A DNA stretch of 64,000 nucleotides from a virus: positions 64,001 to 128,000 of IMG/VR virus record IMGVR_UViG_3300023208_000003; one strand, written 5' to 3'. Below, piece by piece: positions 9,301 through 20,072 of this stretch. The number at the start of each line of letters is the position of its first letter. The first letter of the stretch is position 1. The notes beneath the pieces were generated by a model, which had not been told where the DNA came from, ran no database searches, and saw only the letters and a program-made list of their open reading frames with translations. A program made the position numbers and the translations under genes.

Positions 9301-11478
9301 AAATGGCGTATTATATGGGTACGCGTCATAAAATTCAAAATCTTTAAAATTTGGAGTTGAAGGTTGAGCCGTTTTTAACCAATTAATAAAAGTCCAGATA
9401 TCATTTAACTGCGATTCAGTAAAAATAACAGCGTTGCTTAAATCAAAAAATGGTGCTTCTGCCGGCGCATCTGTTAAAAATAACTGGAATACTGGTCTAC
9501 CAATAGTTGTTAATTCATTGGAGATATCAACATATCCTAATGAAAAAAGATAACTCATGAACGCGGTAAAAACATCACTGTCAGTAAATGGCGATGGATC
9601 ATAACCATCAGATAAAGCTAACTTTTCAATTGTAGGCTTTGGATTTTCAATAAAAATTTCAAACCAATCAGTAACTCGAAAATCATAGGTTCCACTGTTT
9701 ATCGTAAAACCGATTTCAGAATTTGAATATGGGGTATCAATAAACGCATTTGCCATTGTACCTGAAATTTCACCAACGACCGTAAATTCAGTTGGTGAAA
9801 TTGCAGTTAATAACCAGCGTTGCGTTTTTACTGCAGCATGATTGATAATAACTGGATCCAAATAACCTAAATTTCTAGAAAGAAATAGTGGTCTAGAATA
9901 TGCTAAAGGGTCCGTCTTAATTAATGACCAAGTTTCAACAGGAGCTGTTGGATTTACATAAACTTTACAAACAGGTTCAAGAACAATTTTATCGCCAATT
10001 GTTAATTCATCCTGCTCAATTAATGGGTGACTTACTCTAAATGAAATTTTTGGTGACGTAAATTTTTTACCAGCAATCGCAACACCTTGATACCCACTTA
10101 CTTCACCAATTACATTAAACGCAACAAAGTCAACTACTGGCGCAGGCTCAGTAATAGTAACAATTTTACCGGTATATCCAGGAGAATCAATAATGTTAGT
10201 AAAATTGACAATAATATTATCATCAGTAACTGAAATCTTAGCTGGTATAATCATCTGTTGGCCTTCTGGACCATCGACATAAACTGAGATTACTGGAGTT
10301 GAACTGCCTGATTCATTAGGAAAAATCCAATCAAAAAGAGGAACTTGCTGATTATAAGTATGGCCAATTCCATTTGTACTTGACGCTAAAATAACCTTTC
10401 CAGCTTGTGGTGAGCTAAATTTTATTTGAGCGTGATACTTGTCAATGATAATTGTTTCAAGCGGAAGAATTGGAACATATTTTCCATCTTCTAAAACATA
10501 GCTTTGAATTATTACATCGGTTGTTCCTATATCATGCGGAATGCTCCAAGTAACCGAAGGAGTTGTTTGTTCAAATGTAAATATTTGAAGCTGAGTGTCT
10601 AGCGCGTTCAACGCACGAAGCACACCTTCTCGTGGTGAATTAAATTCAGCAATAACGTGATTTGAAGTTGTAATTACATTGTTTGGAAGCGCCGCAATTA
10701 GAGTTCCTGGATTTTCAGGATCATCAATATAAGTTTGAAAAACAACGTCAGTAATTTCAGCTGGTTTATTAATTACCCACTCAGTTAATGGATATGGTGG
10801 TGAAAGTATTGTTGCTGTTGGCGGTTGATAATTAGAGGAAATAATGTTAAAAATTTCCAACGTCCAATTTTCATAAACGTCACCAGGTGTTTCAATATGC
10901 GTTATTTTAAATAAATCAGAAATATAATTCTGAAAATAAACATTCGCATTTTCTTTTACCTCAAAGCCAGTTGAAATATAACTCGACGCAGTTGGACTGG
11001 TTTTCCAACGATTTTGTTCACGATCAAGCTGTGTCCACGTACGGTTGAGCGGATCAACTTTAAATGAATTAACGCCGTGAGATATAAAAAAATCAACGGA
11101 TTGTGATTGAGCAAATGAATTAACTTTAACAGTCGTTATTTCTTCGACAGCGCGCTGGCGCATTACTCCTTGTAAACCAGGAATATCTAATGTTTCACTT
11201 GCAACACCTTTAAAAATATGTTCACAAACACCTGTTGTAAATCGAGGAGTTAAAAATGGCGGAATTTGAAGTCTGGTTTGCCAGCCATCGGACGGAACAT
11301 TTATACGCCACTTACCATTAAGATGAACCCACGTATGATTCTGATCTTTAATATTAACGTCAACGTTATCAAAAAATTTATATTCATCTACTATTTCAGT
11401 TATTTTACAATGATATGGTTTAACGTCATTGATAAAATCAACAAGCGACTGAATATAACGCGCATTTTTAGTAGTCAT
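6358..11478 (-). CDS. Large baseplate/tail structural protein, 1706 aa, with repeated beta modules
   Basis: The N-terminus LVDFINDVKPYHCKITE is baseplate-wedge-like. Multiple W-x-L-x-A...F-x-V-x-G...FTI...GD-x-F modules follow. Confidence 0.6.
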   Translation of the reverse strand: MTTKNARYIQSLVDFINDVKPYHCKITEIVDEYKFFDNVDVNIKDQNHTWVHLNGKWRINVPSDGWQTRLQIPPFLTPRFTTGVCEHIFKGVASETLDIPGLQGVMRQRAVEEITTVKVNSFAQSQSVDFFISHGVNSFKVDPLNRTWTQLDREQNRWKTSPTASSYISTGFEVKENANVYFQNYISDLFKITHIETPGDVYENWTLEIFNIISSNYQPPTATILSPPYPLTEWVINKPAEITDVVFQTYIDDPENPGTLIAALPNNVITTSNHVIAEFNSPREGVLRALNALDTQLQIFTFEQTTPSVTWSIPHDIGTTDVIIQSYVLEDGKYVPILPLETIIIDKYHAQIKFSSPQAGKVILASSTNGIGHTYNQQVPLFDWIFPNESGSSTPVISVYVDGPEGQQMIIPAKISVTDDNIIVNFTNIIDSPGYTGKIVTITEPAPVVDFVAFNVIGEVSGYQGVAIAGKKFTSPKISFRVSHPLIEQDELTIGDKIVLEPVCKVYVNPTAPVETWSLIKTDPLAYSRPLFLSRNLGYLDPVIINHAAVKTQRWLLTAISPTEFTVVGEISGTMANAFIDTPYSNSEIGFTINSGTYDFRVTDWFEIFIENPKPTIEKLALSDGYDPSPFTDSDVFTAFMSYLFSLGYVDISNELTTIGRPVFQLFLTDAPAEAPFFDLSNAVIFTESQLNDIWTFINWLKTAQPSTPNFKDFEFYDAYPYNTPFQNYDLSSLNLTIVDQGAPTRYWEISRDPLLTTKFDVIEKADLAFGQVTRTFAQATLGVPYDNGVISFTIQPGPTAFPIGSKFSFTLNNPTPYIKNGRKLEVSNATFNSGYAEHFGFQTPAIYNPTELQVWTITDLVETSFWELDAKTATTFSVKQYTDNSKTVLIETFADATVDIPYDNGKVRFTIVPILHEDIPTAHTPPYSAFSSWGTTVGTSPTHFVEGDKISFNITNYSLDANELPPIEVHSINNPYISLYASTFWNCPAQVWTLTAINGTTFTVIGSVSGDQGLATVGETYFSDLLSFTIYAASLDIIAGDVFKFEVFADKPSYLVYGTVSGWQDPAIVGKRYYNGKIGFTIPEPFYQIEHVENNKTTTAEVKTPSSVILDGARAIEFTHKPRLDSVTEKYSLQLINEADQVFSVNRSVAGTGTGAVPGFDYTDLLKIGTDYRGAGKVFFKITGDFPLYYSFDFNVKAHDFDLWYGHDLIIFKERPALNSAIIIDGAESDTFRFWIQNSAKNHEELGTTPKTFAHGISKGGPITMRIPGMYKEIQFFVNGEFNSNFTFTNFQFTSEPLNPGDRYSIVGFVEYNLPAGVAHASTINVVIPKTVVEAGVFINGHTYTNFFVTETASTKYVTIKGLRDGDQYAITNESESSWVPIHMVGNKYFPTESRQQNVYLSNKTKDGKTFESLGTIHYLTDPTTNNDIQFIDLDTSFVDNYVPVGTNFSFQVDQRDTFTEHPRIKFTDFISFSEVNRFYDTASVAITEKYDFKIDSGIMPMWKDDIRVKVYDEVVPGVPFTFILPVGYDVAPYDAAPHPTTVPPHAGDDPNSLFVGGYDDQAYYGLANLTSISDDPLNTPAHIGGVEESSTSRIVDSAVFYMKLLNGTFEVEVHLEAHETFSCLNLPSYHTPDQNPTKEIMRVKVDHNIPNTPTIVVKDAYTNAILTDYPIWLGDIADYTVIILTDKAFLIELPAPRAITVTIT

Positions 11479-14400
11479 TGAATGGAATTACCTGCGGTGG
11501 CGAAATTGTTCTAACTGAGTGAACTGCTAATCTTGATGTTTTAAATAAATCAGTAAATTCAAAGTTATTAGCTAACGCGTCATTTAAAACTTCAAAGAAT
11601 AATGTGTTTATTTGACGTGGAGAAGCTAATCTCCAAATAGTATCAAGTGTCCTTCTTGTTGCAAAGGGAGTTGCAAACCAAAGATCCGCCTCAATAAAAT
11701 TCAAAGCTTCGATGTAATCTGGAATATTTATTCCTCCAATATTTTTTACTAATTTAGTGTTCAGGATAGCATCTCTCAAAGTCGCTAACACTAAATGTGT
11801 ATCAACCATTATTTGATCTTTTCCAAAACCATAACGTGTACGTGTATTGTGACGAGCATCATAATCAATTCTATTTTGAGATGGAAGTTGATCGCCTCGA
11901 GAATTTTGACCACATGCTGTGTCAGATAATTTATCCCAAAGTTGTTTTGGTATTTTATGTTTTTGATCTGGTCTAATCTGTGTCCATTCCGTGTGAGTAT
12001 TCTTAAGATCAAGCTCTTTAGGATCATCTCGTAAAGTAAAATCTTCAGTAAATCTTAATTTATATGAATCATCACTTGTAACAAATAAGTTCAAACCATG
12101 AACGCTTATCGCGTCGTAGCGCGCTGGTTTAGTCAAAGTGGCAGGTAACAAATTATGAAATGTTAGGTATGTACTTGGACCATTTCTTAGTTGAATTTCA
12201 GCTTGCTGGGCTGACATTAAATTATTTGTAGCAGCAAATGTTTTATTTCGTACCCAGAAAAAATAATTATTACCAATAATCGTTCCTTCAGAATCACGTT
12301 GAGGCACAATAACATATTGATAATCATTTTTAAATTGAGTTTGTATCGTTAAATCATCTTTGCTTTCTGGGTCAAATGTCAACTCAATAGCATTTGGTTC
12401 ATACTTTCGATACAAAACAACTACCTGTTGACCAGCTGGTATTTTATTTGTTAAATAAACAATATTTCCATTAACAGTAAAAATACTATTAAGCTGCAAA
12501 ATTCCATTTATGTAAACAGAAATTCGCTTCGAGTTCAATGTCTCGTCAAACGTGAATGTCAACTTATCATTATTTCCAGTTTTCTTTTGTAATAAATCAG
12601 TGAGAATAGCCCAAGAGGTCCATGATGACTTTATTCTGTTTACAATTTCACCGCTATTAAGAACCAAAGGAGTCTTATTTTCAGCAACGGCTTCTGCTAC
12701 AAGATCAGCAGTTGTTGCAACTTGAATCCAATCACCATAAAATGGTTGCCACGTATTGATAGGCGCATTCAAATCAGCCGAAAGTTGTTTTTGTGTAGGA
12801 ATTACCTGTGCTATCCACTGTGTTTGCGAAATTAAAGGATCATTTACAAGTTCTAATGAAGCAAATGGAAGATGAGTTGTTATTGAAATTTGCTCACGAA
12901 CTTTTACATTATGTCCAAGAGCAATTGCTTGCGCTATTTCAAGCGAATCAATATTATTAACTGCAGGAGTTAAAATTACTGCAATTCCAAGATTTGTAAA
13001 ATCATACTTGATAGGAGCTCCTATTTGTCCAAAGAAATCTTCAATATCAAGACGCTGAGACAAAGTATTTGAAATAGCAATAACTCCAACTGTTCCATCA
13101 AAAATATCAAGCTTAAATGAAATTTCGCCAATAGCATTTCCAATCGAAGACACTTTGGCAGACGGTACAAAGGCAATAGAACTAAATTCAGCAGGTAAAT
13201 CGACTAATCCTGGAAGCAACAATTCAAAACTTGAACCAATATCATAATTTAAAATTCCAGTTATCGTAGCTTCACCGACCGGTTTATCTTCATCCCATCC
13301 CCAAATTTTGACATTTGCATTTAATCCATGATCGCTAAATCTTCCATCATCAAGAGTTACATGTAAATCACTGATAAACAAGCGTGTAGAAGCACCAAGA
13401 AATTGAGTTACATTGCCTTCTGGAGGTGGGTTTGGAGTTCTTGACCAAGCAACTGGACGTTTCCACCAAATTCTATTACGAGAATAAGTTTCTTGACGAG
13501 CAACAGTTCCAGATTTTTTAAGACCACTTTCTATTTCTAATTTTCCTTCTTGTTCTTTTGCTTGCTTGTTATAAGTAAGAGGAGGAACATCTGATTGTAC
13601 CCACTCATAGACCTTTATGTCAGAATAATCCGCTAATGATCCCCAACGTGATAAACGCTCCTCAATGGTTGAAAAGATTGAAGTATCGTAATATGGAACG
13701 TAATCAAGCGTTTCAGTATCCCACCAGACTCTACCAACTTCACGTTCCCCCCAGGTAGAAACGGTAGAATAATTAGGATTATCAGTAATAAGCGTAGAGC
13801 AATTGTAACGCGCTAAGTCAGTAGGCGAAATAATATTCACTGATTCAAGTGGTAACGGATTATGAGAATCAAATGCTGGATGCCAAACACTAATATCTTC
13901 TATAAGCGTTTGGCTCTTATAATTAAATAATTTAATTGGTGAAAATTTTGGTTTAGCTGGAATAAAACCAACTAATTCAACAGTTCCAGCTGTTAAAACG
14001 CGAATAGTATCAGAATTCACCTTTTCAACATCAACTCTAAATGAAAATAATTGTCCATTCGTGAATGGATTTAAGCCAGCTTCAATTAAGAATCCAATTT
14101 TACCATTATCATAATAAGTTCCAACAGTTCCATAATCTGCTTGAGTTAAAGTATCTCCAATTACGCTAAACTGAGTAGCTGATAACATCGTGATTTGCCA
14201 ATTTTCGGCTGTTGCGTAGGGTCCATGAACTTTTATATCAGTAAGATTTCCATAACCTGTAACTTCCAGAGATGTTTTAACATTAGTTTCAAATACAAAA
14301 AAATCCTCGGCTACAAAAGCGATTTCACCGTTTATTAAGTCAAATTTAAATAAACCATTATCATACCTACCAAATCCAATATTTGTATCAATCACACCAG

Positions 14401-17400
14401 AAATTTCGCCTTCGAGTGTAAATGAATGTGGAGAGTTGGCACGCAATTTCCAAGTTTGAAATGGAATGCTATCTGAAATTGTTACGTTTGTTAATCTTCC
14501 GCTACCAAAACCAACCAACATTGGCTGCACAATTGTAGAAGTAAAAGCATCGCTTTTAAATGAAATAGGTAAAATAACATCAAGCTCTGTTCTAATTGTT
14601 TCAAATTCAAAAATATCAATTGAATCAAAATCCTGTGTTCCACTTTTAATTGATACAGTAAAATACCCGGGTAAAATAAGTGGTTCATCAACTTGTCCAG
14701 TTCCTATTAAGGTCGTTCCTTCATAAACATTGTAATGGTTAAAATCAATCGCTGTATCAAACTTGACTGAAAATATTGCTGCTTTCGTTATTTCATAAAA
14801 GTCATAAACATCAAAAATACCATTTCCAATTGTTGATCTGCTTATCAATTTCCACGTTGGTAGCACATTAAACATTGCCGTTCCAGCAAGTTCAGCTTCA
14901 AATGAAACATTAGCATTTAAATCGTCAATTAAAAACCAACGACTATCATCTAATGAGTCAATTCGCGTAAATGATGGATCAAACAATAATTTGTTTTGCT
15001 CATCTTCTGAAAAGAATTGAAAGCGACTCGTTTGAAGAGAGCAATCACTTTCAAAAAGTTTCATTTCTGGATATGCTTTTTGGCGCGCATCGCCGTATTC
15101 AGCTACTTTGTAAACCCAAAATTCATCAAGTTCGGCAGTATCAAACTTACTATTATTCGTAAATGCATTTATTGCAAAATTTGAGCCTTTAGCGCCTATT
15201 AAACCACGCCAAAATTGAAACTGTGTTGATTTACTTATGTCTAATTGGTCAAAATATTCTTTTTCATGATATCCAAATAATGACATTGCGTGCTGCGTAG
15301 TGTCATTATTTTGATAAACAAAATCAGAATCAAAATACTTAGCTACATTATCAACGCTTGCTTCAAGATTACGCTTTACTGAGTGACCTTGAAGATAAAA
15401 GCCGCCCATAGTTGGGCGTCGAGTTGATTTAACTTGACGTAATGTTTTAATTAAAAGCTTACTAATAATTAAACCTAAAAATGGATCATAAATTAAATTT
15501 ACCTTTTCAGCTGGAAGAGCGTAATTTTCAAACAGTACAATATGTTCATATTCATCGATGTGAATATGAGCTGAAAAAATTGGAATTTTTGATGAAACCA
15601 TTGTAATATCATCTTCACGAATCACTGTTAAAGCAGTCTTATCAAGCGCCTGACCTAACATGTCAAATACTAATTGACCACCACTAACGTCAGCAAATTT
15701 TGTAGAGTCAAAAGTTGAAACTAACCCCGTTTGTGTTTCAAACCAAAATGCTTTTGGAAATGGATTTAACACGTGACCTTGCCCAACATTTATCCCAGAG
15801 TATACAAAATCAATTAGCTTTTCTATTTCAAGTTGCCAATTTAAATTTCTACCTGTTAGATCGTCAATTTGAGAAACATCAGATTGATCAAAGCGCCAGC
15901 CGTCTTCCTCCAAGCGTTTAACATAGCCAAACATAATGTTTACTAAATTCTGAATACCCGTAACCACAAAAGGTGTAGACTGAGTTATTCTTGTTTCACC
16001 GTCAAGGTAGTGATTCCAATAAATGTCAGTATGACGTTTACTTAATGCGTGAAATGTTTGAAAATTTCCTGTAGCATTAAGATCAATGTACTCGATCACA
16101 GGATAATTCGGATTAAAAGTTTCAATTCGAAATTTCCAATCACTTCCATCAGTTGCAGGAATATACAGACCCTGTTCATTTAAAGCATAAGTGCCAATTT
16201 GAACAACCTGAATGCGAAATGCGTGTAACCATGATTCACGAACTATAGGATTCTGTTTAAATATTACAGAGCGAGCATTTGTTGTTACTTCATAAACGTC
16301 AGAACGAATTTCTAAATTATCCGTTTCAATCATTCCATCGCAACGATAACCAAGCTTTACGTCCCAATTTCTAAATGCAATTGACGCATAATTATTTCCA
16401 TTAACATCAAGAGAGTTATATCGTAAGAGATTCGTAAATGACTGGTTTAAACCATTAAAACGATACGCTGTAAATGGTATAAACTTAAACTCAAATCCAT
16501 CAAAAACAATTTGATCATTTAAAACAAACGGAATTCCAAGATCATCAACTTGTAGTTGACCATATGTGCCAATTGTTAAATCTTGACCTTCCACAACATA
16601 AAATTCACTATTTTCAATGCTTAATTTAAGTACAGTTACATTATTACCAACTTCACAAACTTTTAATGTAAACGGTAATGCAATATCAGTTATAACATTA
16701 TCTGAAATGTTTCTAAGTGGAGAAACGTAAGATTCTCCATGAAGCTTAAAATCGATATGTGATAATTTTTTTCCAAGATAACGATCAAATTCCCAACCAT
16801 TTACATCAAAAACAGTATTACCCCAAGTTTTTGCAAGGAACTCAAGAGGCGATAATTTAAAACCAATTCTTGTGATAGCGTGTTGAAATTCAATTGACTT
16901 TACCCAAAGTAATTCAGTTGGACCATAATCACCAATCACGTATGAATTTGCAATACCAGTTGGTATTGCATTCAATAAAGCGTCGCCGGAGTTCCATGCC
17001 GGAGGTGCAACATACGGCGGTAAAAGCTCATCAGTATGCACGTTTGTGCATACTTTAACAGTTGGATTTTGGGTTTTGATATAAACCCACATAGAGTCTT
17101 TCCACATTCTTACTTGCTCATAAATCATAGGATCAAGCATCGTAGTTGGATTAGACGTTAATTTCCAAACTGACCCATTCCAAGGTAACTCAGGACCATC
17201 GACAGTAACGTTGAACCCTGTTACTACTTGAGAAATGGTGTTAGCATCGTCCGCGCGCACGAGTGTTGCGGACGTTCCATTTATGGCGTGTACACGATAA
17301 ATGCCATTTTGATGTAAATCACTTTGCCCAACAAATAAGAGACGTTGATTTACTGACAAGGAATAACCATTTACCGTAGAATCAAAGCCATCAGTTATGT

Positions 17401-19996
17401 TGAATAATCCAGCTATGTTGTTTCTAAAAACTAAAGAAACAGGAACACGTGACATTGACGCGTCATAAAAATTTTCAGTGTTTGCCCAAGTAGAATCCCA
17501 GTTCGAAGGTTTAACAGCAAAGTTTAATAGCTTCCAAGGTTCCAAATTTGGGCGGACCGTTCCATAAAGTGACAAATAAATTTGATGCCAGCGAGCAATA
17601 CCTAAAGTTGATTCCGAATAGTTCCAAGAAAATGCATCTGTTGCTACATAATCAATGCCATATGGGTCATAGTTATATTTTGCAGCAAACTTTGCAAGTT
17701 CTTCCTCAAGCGCCGGCTTATTTAAATGTGCTGGTGTAAATGCGTCCCAGCTAGGAGTTGTTAAAATTACATTTTTTGAATTGAATAATTTTTGTTCCGC
17801 GGCAAGAATTAATGAGTTTTGAAGAGCAGCTATATTAATTTCTACCCACGCGTTGCTCAATGTTGTAACATTCCAATTATTTCCGTCCCACTGGAACAAT
17901 TGATTAGTAGAACGTTTATACCAAAAATCACCAATTTCAATTTCTGAAATTAGTGGAGCATTTGATAAATCACTAATTACCGCGAAACACATTAATTTAC
18001 CAGTTAAGCTGTTAAACCACAGTTGATTTTTATAGGGTTGTACTGGAGGTTGAGCTCCACTTGAACCAGAAACAATGTTACCGTCAGAACGTACAACTGG
18101 AAGATTAACTAGTTGATGTTCAAGCGTTATATTTCTTTCTTGTATTGGTGAAACATGACTGTCATGGTGACGAATTACATAAATTCCAAGTTCAAAATCA
18201 AACTCTATTCCTGGCTGAGTAAATGGAGAGATACCCAATACTGGAAGTGTGGCAGGCCAATTTGAAATAGGAGATGTAGTATCACGATAAACGCCAATAA
18301 CATCAGCTCTGTTTGATCTATTTTCTTCATATGAAGCAAGTAAACGAGCTACTAAATCAGCGTTCGGATCAATAACTGTAAATTCAGATATTTTTGTCGT
18401 TGAAAGAAATTCAATTGAATTTAATGCAACATAATCAACCAAAGAATTTATCGCACCTTCATATTGTGCTTCGATAAATGAAATTATTGATGTTGGTGAA
18501 AAATCACGCTGATGCGCAAGCGCAACTAAAATGTTAAAGGCCCCATTATAATCTTTAATTTTACCACCTAAGCCAAGATCATGTGAAATTTGACGATAAT
18601 TATTTCTGCCAAAAGGCGAACCATCAATTGCTATTTGATCCTTTATGACTGTCATAAAATGGTTGACTAAATCACCATGTAGTACGTCACGTCGATTTTC
18701 ATGATAAGGATTTAAATTTAACTGGTTTGGTGTCATCCACGCACCAATATTTTCAAAATCCTGAGATGGGTGTAGTGGAAAATTTATAACGTTTCCATTT
18801 CCATCAGCAGTTACGTATCTAAACCCCTCAATGTTGAAAACACTAGTGGTGATTGTGTCACCGTTCATAAATGGGATTGTCCCAGGTGTCACCAGGAACA
18901 CGCCAGCCTCAGTGATTAATGGTACATTGACTTGTCCATTGTGTGCAATCCCGGACTTTGAGCCAATCGCAGTAAAATTGGTTGCATCATCAAAGAATAG
19001 GCGCCACATTTCTGCGGAAGCTTGCGGATTAAGAGTTATTGAAAGAGTTCCATTGCCAATTCCTTGAATATCCGGATCACTGCATTGAACTGAAATTGGT
19101 CCCGGTGACCAGATACTTCTAATAGATGCTCCCTTTTTAAAAAACAATGTTCTTCCATTTTCATCAATTAAGCCTTGTGAAAAAATGAAATTGCCTGATT
19201 TATTTGTTTTAACACGTCTAAAAAGGTATTGATCTACTGAATAAGTTTGATCTTCAGTGTAATAAAAAATTGAAGAAACTTTATTCGTAGGAGTTCCATC
19301 GTAATAGTAAATGTTAAACAGTGGAATTTGATTTACGATTGAGCGAACTTGTCCTGAAAGCATTTCAATGTCAGCATCGAACTCAATGATAGGACGAAGA
19401 GCTTGAACAACTAATTTTTTATCAATAGCGTGAGACGCTACCCAATCATCAAGATCATCTTTATGCACCCAGTAATTTGAAGTAGACCAATCGCTTGACC
19501 CATTTGATTCAATAACATAAAACTCGGGTACACAGGCTGGATTCCAATCTAAGGTAGGACGGGTTGTCTCTGGAATTGCTGGAAGAACCCAATAATACTG
19601 AGCAAAATTATCAAATTTGTCAAGATTAATTGGCGGAATGAAATTAAATGATTGTTGTTTACTCCACTCGCGAGCGTTATCAATATCTATACCGGCGCTA
19701 CGCCATTTATTAATAATGTCCGAAAAACCGTAGGAGAATTCTTGCGAACCTACTTTCCAATATGTCATTGGTGACAGTTCGTTGACGACTCTTTCAATTG
19801 TTGACTGAGGAACCCAAGGACGAACTTCTGATGAATCTTCTACCTTATGGCCAATTAGCCCGTAAAGAGGAAGTACTTCTTCTTTGGTTAAAAAGCGATT
19901 AAAAAGATTTCGCGTAAGCGATAAATTTACCTTGTTTCTAAGATACTGCGGAAGATATCTTGTTAGATCGTGGTAAGGTGTTAAGTAGTCAGTCAT
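11468..19996 (-). CDS. Giant baseplate wedge/virion structural protein, 2842 aa
   Basis: The N-terminus LTRYLPQYLRNKVN...NFIPPINLDKFDNFAQYYW is wedge-like. Adjacent to the gp6-like gene, with inserted beta modules. Confidence 0.6.
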   Translation of the reverse strand: MTDYLTPYHDLTRYLPQYLRNKVNLSLTRNLFNRFLTKEEVLPLYGLIGHKVEDSSEVRPWVPQSTIERVVNELSPMTYWKVGSQEFSYGFSDIINKWRSAGIDIDNAREWSKQQSFNFIPPINLDKFDNFAQYYWVLPAIPETTRPTLDWNPACVPEFYVIESNGSSDWSTSNYWVHKDDLDDWVASHAIDKKLVVQALRPIIEFDADIEMLSGQVRSIVNQIPLFNIYYYDGTPTNKVSSIFYYTEDQTYSVDQYLFRRVKTNKSGNFIFSQGLIDENGRTLFFKKGASIRSIWSPGPISVQCSDPDIQGIGNGTLSITLNPQASAEMWRLFFDDATNFTAIGSKSGIAHNGQVNVPLITEAGVFLVTPGTIPFMNGDTITTSVFNIEGFRYVTADGNGNVINFPLHPSQDFENIGAWMTPNQLNLNPYHENRRDVLHGDLVNHFMTVIKDQIAIDGSPFGRNNYRQISHDLGLGGKIKDYNGAFNILVALAHQRDFSPTSIISFIEAQYEGAINSLVDYVALNSIEFLSTTKISEFTVIDPNADLVARLLASYEENRSNRADVIGVYRDTTSPISNWPATLPVLGISPFTQPGIEFDFELGIYVIRHHDSHVSPIQERNITLEHQLVNLPVVRSDGNIVSGSSGAQPPVQPYKNQLWFNSLTGKLMCFAVISDLSNAPLISEIEIGDFWYKRSTNQLFQWDGNNWNVTTLSNAWVEINIAALQNSLILAAEQKLFNSKNVILTTPSWDAFTPAHLNKPALEEELAKFAAKYNYDPYGIDYVATDAFSWNYSESTLGIARWHQIYLSLYGTVRPNLEPWKLLNFAVKPSNWDSTWANTENFYDASMSRVPVSLVFRNNIAGLFNITDGFDSTVNGYSLSVNQRLLFVGQSDLHQNGIYRVHAINGTSATLVRADDANTISQVVTGFNVTVDGPELPWNGSVWKLTSNPTTMLDPMIYEQVRMWKDSMWVYIKTQNPTVKVCTNVHTDELLPPYVAPPAWNSGDALLNAIPTGIANSYVIGDYGPTELLWVKSIEFQHAITRIGFKLSPLEFLAKTWGNTVFDVNGWEFDRYLGKKLSHIDFKLHGESYVSPLRNISDNVITDIALPFTLKVCEVGNNVTVLKLSIENSEFYVVEGQDLTIGTYGQLQVDDLGIPFVLNDQIVFDGFEFKFIPFTAYRFNGLNQSFTNLLRYNSLDVNGNNYASIAFRNWDVKLGYRCDGMIETDNLEIRSDVYEVTTNARSVIFKQNPIVRESWLHAFRIQVVQIGTYALNEQGLYIPATDGSDWKFRIETFNPNYPVIEYIDLNATGNFQTFHALSKRHTDIYWNHYLDGETRITQSTPFVVTGIQNLVNIMFGYVKRLEEDGWRFDQSDVSQIDDLTGRNLNWQLEIEKLIDFVYSGINVGQGHVLNPFPKAFWFETQTGLVSTFDSTKFADVSGGQLVFDMLGQALDKTALTVIREDDITMVSSKIPIFSAHIHIDEYEHIVLFENYALPAEKVNLIYDPFLGLIISKLLIKTLRQVKSTRRPTMGGFYLQGHSVKRNLEASVDNVAKYFDSDFVYQNNDTTQHAMSLFGYHEKEYFDQLDISKSTQFQFWRGLIGAKGSNFAINAFTNNSKFDTAELDEFWVYKVAEYGDARQKAYPEMKLFESDCSLQTSRFQFFSEDEQNKLLFDPSFTRIDSLDDSRWFLIDDLNANVSFEAELAGTAMFNVLPTWKLISRSTIGNGIFDVYDFYEITKAAIFSVKFDTAIDFNHYNVYEGTTLIGTGQVDEPLILPGYFTVSIKSGTQDFDSIDIFEFETIRTELDVILPISFKSDAFTSTIVQPMLVGFGSGRLTNVTISDSIPFQTWKLRANSPHSFTLEGEISGVIDTNIGFGRYDNGLFKFDLINGEIAFVAEDFFVFETNVKTSLEVTGYGNLTDIKVHGPYATAENWQITMLSATQFSVIGDTLTQADYGTVGTYYDNGKIGFLIEAGLNPFTNGQLFSFRVDVEKVNSDTIRVLTAGTVELVGFIPAKPKFSPIKLFNYKSQTLIEDISVWHPAFDSHNPLPLESVNIISPTDLARYNCSTLITDNPNYSTVSTWGEREVGRVWWDTETLDYVPYYDTSIFSTIEERLSRWGSLADYSDIKVYEWVQSDVPPLTYNKQAKEQEGKLEIESGLKKSGTVARQETYSRNRIWWKRPVAWSRTPNPPPEGNVTQFLGASTRLFISDLHVTLDDGRFSDHGLNANVKIWGWDEDKPVGEATITGILNYDIGSSFELLLPGLVDLPAEFSSIAFVPSAKVSSIGNAIGEISFKLDIFDGTVGVIAISNTLSQRLDIEDFFGQIGAPIKYDFTNLGIAVILTPAVNNIDSLEIAQAIALGHNVKVREQISITTHLPFASLELVNDPLISQTQWIAQVIPTQKQLSADLNAPINTWQPFYGDWIQVATTADLVAEAVAENKTPLVLNSGEIVNRIKSSWTSWAILTDLLQKKTGNNDKLTFTFDETLNSKRISVYINGILQLNSIFTVNGNIVYLTNKIPAGQQVVVLYRKYEPNAIELTFDPESKDDLTIQTQFKNDYQYVIVPQRDSEGTIIGNNYFFWVRNKTFAATNNLMSAQQAEIQLRNGPSTYLTFHNLLPATLTKPARYDAISVHGLNLFVTSDDSYKLRFTEDFTLRDDPKELDLKNTHTEWTQIRPDQKHKIPKQLWDKLSDTACGQNSRGDQLPSQNRIDYDARHNTRTRYGFGKDQIMVDTHLVLATLRDAILNTKLVKNIGGINIPDYIEALNFIEADLWFATPFATRRTLDTIWRLASPRQINTLFFEVLNDALANNFEFTDLFKTSRLAVHSVRTISPPQVIPFNDY

Positions 19997-20033
19997 ATTG
20001 AAAGCTCAAAGGTCGCAAATGTTAGCTATGATA

Positions 20034-20041
20034 TATTTATC
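20034..20041 (-). promoter_or_regulatory. T4-type late promoter (GATAAATA)
   Basis: Motif match about 38 nt upstream of 19996. Confidence 0.6.
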
Positions 20042-20072
20042 ACAAAAAACATTTGCTCCAAAATGAGCTTTC

